Shown here: in pieces, positions 58,813-64,000 of the stretch | How positions within the stretch are numbered: position 1 is the first letter of the stretch | Layout: every line of letters begins with the position of its first letter | IMG/VR virus record: IMGVR_UViG_3300022752_000023 | Coordinates: 32,001-96,000 of that record | Length of the DNA stretch: 64,000 bases | Direction: 5' to 3' (one strand) | From: a virus | The notes under the pieces: model-generated | Told to the model about the DNA's origin: nothing | Databases searched by the model: none | What the model saw: the letters and a program-made list of their open reading frames with translations, nothing else | Program-made: the position numbers and the translations under genes

Positions 58813-60542
58813 TATTGCACCACAAATTTGTTAAAAAACGTCGACGCTTGATTTGTGAACAAACCAATCGAGCCTGTTACTTCGCCGGGGTTGCTCAGGC
58901 TGGTTGTCCCGCTGACCGGATGCTCGCCGTTCAGCTCAGCTACCGAGAATGTCACTACAAGGCTGCTTCCGCTGAGTGCAAGACTGGCATACATTCTGTA
59001 CCACGTGTTAACTTTTGAGTTGTAGTTCACGGATAATTCGTCAACAAATACGCTGCCGTTGTATCGCAACACGCGCACTTTGCCGCGCGTGCTATCGAGC
59101 ATTACGACGACGTATCTCGTGACCACTTGACCCAGCTCAAGCGTTTGCACGTAATTCAACACAAGACCGCCGTTTCGTGCGGCGCCGTTTGTGCCTAATT
59201 TGAATTCGGTCATGATCGACTTGTTAAGCGCCCAATCTGTCGCACAGTTTTTGAGTACGGCGATATTGGTTCCACCGATACCCGTCGACAGGTAAGTACC
59301 GTGATTCGTAAGAAGCGCGCCTATATTTGAGTCAAACTCGCCGGGATCGCAATTTCCGCAGGTCGGGGGTGCGAGCGTTTCCTGCGACGAAAAGATGCCG
59401 TTTTTGGTAACAAAATACGCGCTTGGCTGACATGACGCAAAATCAATACATAACGGCGTTGGCATGCAGGCGTAATCTGGCGTATCAAGTGTTTCGTCTA
59501 CAACGAGATCAATCGCTTCGGTCGGATCTGGCCAACAGTATTCATCAATGACAATGTCTGTTTCGGCGTAGTTTGAACCATCCCAGCGGTACACGTTGTT
59601 TGTATCAAAAGCTAAATACAGCCGATTGAGTTCGCCGGCCGGCGGGAAGGAAGCACGGTTTGCGTATACGGTGATGTTTTCGCCCGTAGGCTCGCAGCAC
59701 AGATCTTGAAACTCTTGCGGCTGTTTTGGTTTATTGGCGTCGCATACGGCGCTCAACCCGGTGTCAGTCACGATGTCCGCGCCGCCGCAGTTTGCAAAGT
59801 TGATGGCGTTAAACCCATCAAAAACAATATCAATGTTCCCGTCACAATCGGGGGCGACGCCATTGATTGTTTCAATCGGTGTCTTCGGGCACGTCCCGCT
59901 TTCTGGGCGCTGCGCACACGGCCCAAGAAACGTTGCCAGCGGGTTATAGTCGCCCGTGACAAGAGAACTATCCAACCTGAATACAACGGCGGGGTACTCT
60001 ACTGAGTCGTACTGAATTGTTTCGTACTTCGCTATGACCGGCGACGTACCAATTACATTCACGACGCCCTGCAAAGATGTACCCAAATTGATTTTGCCAA
60101 TGGTGGGTATAGGTAACGGCCGATATGGGCGTGCGTTTCTCGGCTGTACTAATGTTTGACGCGCGGTACTGTAGCGCCCCACAAATGGCGTGTCGACGCC
60201 GGGCCCGAATACAACCCACCCAGATACTGCACCAGCGATTGGCGTGATGGCGTAGTTAACGTACGGCGCCGCCGGTTGCGGCACTGACACCGCGCACACC
60301 GTCTGGCCGCTGTCATCTACATTGTCAACGGCGCCAAACAACACCGTGACAATACCGGCCGATACAGTGAGGCCCTGTACGTAGAGATATGTGCCAAGAG
60401 ACGCCGGGAAACGAATGTGGCAGTCGACAATGATATCTTCACGAATAAACTCGCCGCGGTCGTCCACGCCCGTAGAAATATCATCGAGCGGATATCGCCG
60501 TGTCGATTGCAGGTTGTACCAGTTTTGATTGCGGATAGACAT
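58812..60542 (-). CDS. Putative tail protein (NxxRxYP family) with a C-terminal beta-sandwich/lectin-like domain
   Basis: WYNLQSTRRYPL...IVD; IETINGVAPDCDGNI; beta-rich C-terminus containing NTWYRM. Confidence 0.6.
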   Translation of the reverse strand: MSIRNQNWYNLQSTRRYPLDDISTGVDDRGEFIREDIIVDCHIRFPASLGTYLYVQGLTVSAGIVTVLFGAVDNVDDSGQTVCAVSVPQPAAPYVNYAITPIAGAVSGWVVFGPGVDTPFVGRYSTARQTLVQPRNARPYRPLPIPTIGKINLGTSLQGVVNVIGTSPVIAKYETIQYDSVEYPAVVFRLDSSLVTGDYNPLATFLGPCAQRPESGTCPKTPIETINGVAPDCDGNIDIVFDGFNAINFANCGGADIVTDTGLSAVCDANKPKQPQEFQDLCCEPTGENITVYANRASFPPAGELNRLYLAFDTNNVYRWDGSNYAETDIVIDEYCWPDPTEAIDLVVDETLDTPDYACMPTPLCIDFASCQPSAYFVTKNGIFSSQETLAPPTCGNCDPGEFDSNIGALLTNHGTYLSTGIGGTNIAVLKNCATDWALNKSIMTEFKLGTNGAARNGGLVLNYVQTLELGQVVTRYVVVMLDSTRGKVRVLRYNGSVFVDELSVNYNSKVNTWYRMYASLALSGSSLVVTFSVAELNGEHPVSGTTSLSNPGEVTGSIGLFTNQASTFFNKFVVQ

Positions 60543-60545
60543 GAT

Positions 60546-62744
60546 TTAACACGGCGCCTCTGTTTTACCTTCAGCGTTGCAGTGCAATGTTTGCGTGACT
60601 TCGGCAATTGCTGGTAGCGGCGGCAAACCGTCATCTAGGTTATTTCCGCAGTTTGTTAAGATCGGTTGCGCTGTGCTTAAATATGTGCCGGTCAGCGTAC
60701 CGGTGATCACGTATGGCCCGCGTGCGCGCGTACTTTCGGCTTCTGGATTATTCGGGTCATACTGGTTGAATTTAACACGAAACTGTACGTACGCGGAGTC
60801 GCCGGGTTTTAGTTGCGGCAACGCGGCCGAGTATTGAAAACCGCCGCCAGCCACTGAAATACCGACTGCGTTACCGCGTATTCCCGGCGCATACATAGTC
60901 GTGTAGCCGCATTCCAGTTCCGGCCTAACCGCGACAGATGTTTGCGTCTCTGGATCTGACAGCACCAGATCGCCGCTCACTGACAGGTTTAGTGTTAACC
61001 GTGTGGGTTCAACGCATTTGTCACATGGGTTACACAGCATCATGACGATGTCCAAATAAGGACACCGCTGCGGTACCATGATTAAACGTAGCGGGCGTTG
61101 AATGCTGCACGCACGCTGATCAAGCCAGCGCGCGATGTTGTTTTCATGCTCGGTTCGCACCTTCTCGGCGCGCTGGCCGATGAGTTTGTACCTGTAACTT
61201 GTTTCGTTCATGTATTTTGCCGTGTTGGCGTAGTCGTCGCAGCCGCAACACGGGACACAGTCGGCGCCAATTTGTTGTTGCGCCGTTGTTGACGGGTTAA
61301 CCGGGTGCGGCGCGGCTAGCCCGACAGTAACAGGCCGCCTAACCCATAAACAATCCGTCGCGCCGAATCTAAAATCTCCGTTTGTTCCCGCGACGCCGTT
61401 GATTTTTGTAATCGGGACGGCTGCGCCTTCTGGGCAGGCGCCGTAGCGGCCAAGTCCTGTGCCGGCTACTGCGCTAAAATTTACGCGGGTGATGTTTCGG
61501 AAATTTTTTGTTTCTGCCGGCGCGGCGACGATTTCGGTGTTGTACCCGTTTTCAAACTTAAACGCGCCAGCGTACCGCGGCGATGTTGTCTGCCCGTTGC
61601 GAACGCGCATAGACAATAGCCGCCGCGGCATCTTGTACACAGCGCGCTCGTCAATTTTGGCGTTCAACGGCGTCAGATACAAATCGTAAGTTTTTTCTGT
61701 GTCGTCATCAATGAACCCGTTGTCTGCGTCCGGCCACTTCTTGTGCGCGATTAATCGACATGTAGCGTTTTTCATGCGCCACTCAACCGCTGTATAAATT
61801 GTGTCCGAATCAAAAATCGCGCATGACGTCTCATTTTCTGCGGCAGTCGTGTCCACAATTACGCAGTTGTCTGCGTCCACCACGACGATATCAGCTTGAT
61901 GCGCTGGCGTAGGAAAATTTGCGTCTGGTGTGTTTTCGTTGCAACCAAAACCGTACAAGTATTTTATGCGCAATGGGTGTTTGGCTTTTTTTACGCTGTT
62001 GTCGTACTCGCCTTTGTCGTCATAGCTTAAATGAAAATCGGCGATTAAATAACTGATGTCATCTGACGGATTTACCAGCGGGTAATCAACACCGCTCTGC
62101 GGTTGCACAACGCCGACCCCGCGGCGGCTGCGAGCGTCAAATGCAAACTGGTTGTACGCGTTGATTGCGGTTTTTAGCGCAAGTTCAGCTGCAACAATCG
62201 CGGCTATGCGTATAGGTAACAACGCGGTATGCGTATTGATATCGTTTATTATGTAACCGCGCTCATTTTGTGCAGCAGCTATTTTTGCATATTGGGCCTG
62301 TATTGCATCAAGCAACCATTGCGGCGGCGAGTCCCCTTGTTCTTGCATACTCGTGACGCTATCGAGCAGGGCTTGTAGTTGCACTAACAGCGCTGCAATA
62401 AAAATGTCGATAAGCGTTAACCGAATATTTAATGCTTCTATTGCTTTTTCGCTTATTTCTTTTTCGGCTATAGCGAAATCGTATTCAAGTTGCCGAATAG
62501 TCTTGATGACCACAAAACGGCGCAATTGCTTGCAGTATCGTTCAAAAGCGTAAAGAAGCGGTGCACCGACTTCCAGCGCCGCAAGCCTGTTTGTTAGCGC
62601 GAGCAACTCGTCGTTTAACTGCGCAATTTCTTCCGCGCGTAATGCGTTTTGTTGCTCGCGTGCGAGTATTTCTTGCTCTAACGCCGGCACCGCGGCATTA
62701 CCGGCGAGATATTCATTCGTATATTGATGCGTAAACGCGCTCAT
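60546..62744 (-). CDS. Putative tail protein with an N-terminal coiled coil and Cys clusters
   Basis: About 200-aa helical N-terminus, then DYPL...IAD, ITKINGV...GDF and DCVPCCGC. Confidence 0.6.
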   Translation of the reverse strand: MSAFTHQYTNEYLAGNAAVPALEQEILAREQQNALRAEEIAQLNDELLALTNRLAALEVGAPLLYAFERYCKQLRRFVVIKTIRQLEYDFAIAEKEISEKAIEALNIRLTLIDIFIAALLVQLQALLDSVTSMQEQGDSPPQWLLDAIQAQYAKIAAAQNERGYIINDINTHTALLPIRIAAIVAAELALKTAINAYNQFAFDARSRRGVGVVQPQSGVDYPLVNPSDDISYLIADFHLSYDDKGEYDNSVKKAKHPLRIKYLYGFGCNENTPDANFPTPAHQADIVVVDADNCVIVDTTAAENETSCAIFDSDTIYTAVEWRMKNATCRLIAHKKWPDADNGFIDDDTEKTYDLYLTPLNAKIDERAVYKMPRRLLSMRVRNGQTTSPRYAGAFKFENGYNTEIVAAPAETKNFRNITRVNFSAVAGTGLGRYGACPEGAAVPITKINGVAGTNGDFRFGATDCLWVRRPVTVGLAAPHPVNPSTTAQQQIGADCVPCCGCDDYANTAKYMNETSYRYKLIGQRAEKVRTEHENNIARWLDQRACSIQRPLRLIMVPQRCPYLDIVMMLCNPCDKCVEPTRLTLNLSVSGDLVLSDPETQTSVAVRPELECGYTTMYAPGIRGNAVGISVAGGGFQYSAALPQLKPGDSAYVQFRVKFNQYDPNNPEAESTRARGPYVITGTLTGTYLSTAQPILTNCGNNLDDGLPPLPAIAEVTQTLHCNAEGKTEAPC

Positions 62745-62818
62745 GGTTTTGCCGTAAAATAAATTGCATTCATACTGCGCGTGCTTGCATAATCCGCAAA
62801 ATTATTACGCGGCGCGGA

Positions 62819-63760
62819 TTACAACGTTGAGCAGCCGGAGTCGCCGAGCTGGCTGCCCAAGACGACCAGACTCATTTGCGTGACCTCAGATCCGAGTCGC
62901 GTAATAAAGTTTTGCAACGTTGTAACGCCGTCGCCAAATCTGTTGATTTGATTAACAATGGCGTCTAGCTCGGTGCACCCGCAGCACGGTTGCGCGCACG
63001 TGTCTGCAAATTTCAGCCCGTTGCTCATGGGCGTAATTTGAATACAGTCATCAGGCGCAATTATGAAGTTACCGTCTGTGCTGCATACGCCGTTAATGCA
63101 CCGGATGCACGAACCAATTTCAGGTGTTTCGCAGTAGCATTCTTCGTTTAGGTTGGTGCCGGAAATTGCGTCAAAAATAATTTCTGTTTCAGTGGCAAAC
63201 GCTACTGCCGTGATTCGAACATTATTTCCGGCCACGAGCGTCACGTCGCCGTATATGGGCGCGCTAAGTTCGCCGTTGTTGGATACGCGCAGCCGGGTTA
63301 CCGCGCGCAACATCGGGCGAATCGCGTCCGGTTCGAGTTCGCCGGCGGCAAAAGAAAATTCGTATTGTCCGGGCGGCAGCTGATCGATTTCGTCGAGCGC
63401 GCCGAGAACGACGCGCCCGACACAGTCATCAAAATTGTCGACACCGCCCAACGCGTATGATCGGTTGGGTTGATAGTTACTGCGAATAATATTCGCTACA
63501 GCGACGTCAACTTCTGTTCCGTTGTCATCGTAGCCGACTGTGATATTAAAACCTGTCGGGGCAATGAGCAGATTTTTGATGAAAAATTTGTTGGGCGCAA
63601 AAGCCAGCCCCGAATGGATGGGTAGATACAGCGCAACGATAAAACTATCGGGCAACCGGATTGTTCCGGTTGTATCTGTTTTTGTGGCGCGCTCGGTAAG
63701 CGGGTAAGACCGCTGTGAGTTGTGGTTGAGCCACTGTAGGTTCCAGTTTCCAATCGGCAT
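62819..63760 (-). CDS. Putative tail/baseplate protein (NxxRxYP family)
   Basis: WLNHNSQRSYPL...FIV; IRCINGV...DGNF; DTCAQPCCGC followed by a coiled coil. Confidence 0.6.
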   Translation of the reverse strand: MPIGNWNLQWLNHNSQRSYPLTERATKTDTTGTIRLPDSFIVALYLPIHSGLAFAPNKFFIKNLLIAPTGFNITVGYDDNGTEVDVAVANIIRSNYQPNRSYALGGVDNFDDCVGRVVLGALDEIDQLPPGQYEFSFAAGELEPDAIRPMLRAVTRLRVSNNGELSAPIYGDVTLVAGNNVRITAVAFATETEIIFDAISGTNLNEECYCETPEIGSCIRCINGVCSTDGNFIIAPDDCIQITPMSNGLKFADTCAQPCCGCTELDAIVNQINRFGDGVTTLQNFITRLGSEVTQMSLVVLGSQLGDSGCSTL

Positions 63761-63772
63761 GGCGGCTCACCT

Positions 63773-64000
63773 TTATGTGTCGCTATAGACGATTCCGGTG
63801 ACGCGCAGTACGCCGATTTCTCCGTAAACGTTGTCTTCCGTACGCCCTATGGTGACGAGCACAGTGTCGCCTTCGTCCACAGAAAACTCATCGCTGTCGC
63901 GTTGAATTACGTGGTCAATATAGAGGTTTGCGGAAGAATCAAAAATAAGTGGCGCGTCTGTCGTCGCCAGCGCGATACCGTCAGCGCCTGTTCCCGGCAA
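63773..64000 (-). CDS. Partial C-terminus of an upstream structural gene
   Basis: Open frame entering from the right edge and ending 13 nt before the next start. Confidence 0.6.
   Translation of the reverse strand: MPGTGADGIALATTDAPLIFDSSANLYIDHVIQRDSDEFSVDEGDTVLVTIGRTEDNVYGEIGVLRVTGIVYSDT

Noticed and set aside
1-64000. CRISPR array or TIGR-like array to accompany the RAMP-like and Nop-like genes
   Set aside because: I found no regularly spaced direct repeats in any intergenic gap by eye. One could lie outside the window.

Overview
This 64-kb window looks like part of a large lytic dsDNA bacteriophage (jumbo or huge-phage-like). It is densely coding, almost entirely on the minus strand, and uses the standard genetic code. 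The host is probably a Planctomycetota member; this is an inference from the CsrA, DUF1257/DUF2997/Ycf46-like and planctomycete-style small proteins. From left to right it contains: (1) a translationally coupled operon of Mre11/SbcD, Rad50/SbcC, a degenerate IS110/Nop-like protein and a truncated RAMP(Cas7/Csm3)-like ORF missing from the ORF track; (2) tRNA-Met, tRNA-Gln and a structured ncRNA candidate; (3) about 25 kb of small accessory genes, including an HTH-deoxyhypusine-synthase-like fusion, MazG, SEC-C, a DGQHR/ParB-like protein and DUF6745/3085/6915/6878-like proteins; (4) a DUF1257-DUF2997-AAA ATPase-DUF3150-like cluster whose ATPase is split at its Walker B motif by an 809-nt group I intron carrying an HNH endonuclease; (5) a gpA-like terminase large subunit; (6) GNAT, a 204-nt tRNA-mimic RNA, tRNA-Thr, a free-standing HNH and a DenV-like glycosylase; (7) a frameshifted primase-like gene and a phage CsrA, with matching ANGGA-loop hairpins over several ribosome-binding sites; (8) a Cys-rich tail/fiber module with collagen repeats. 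All family calls come from motif recognition by eye, not database searches.
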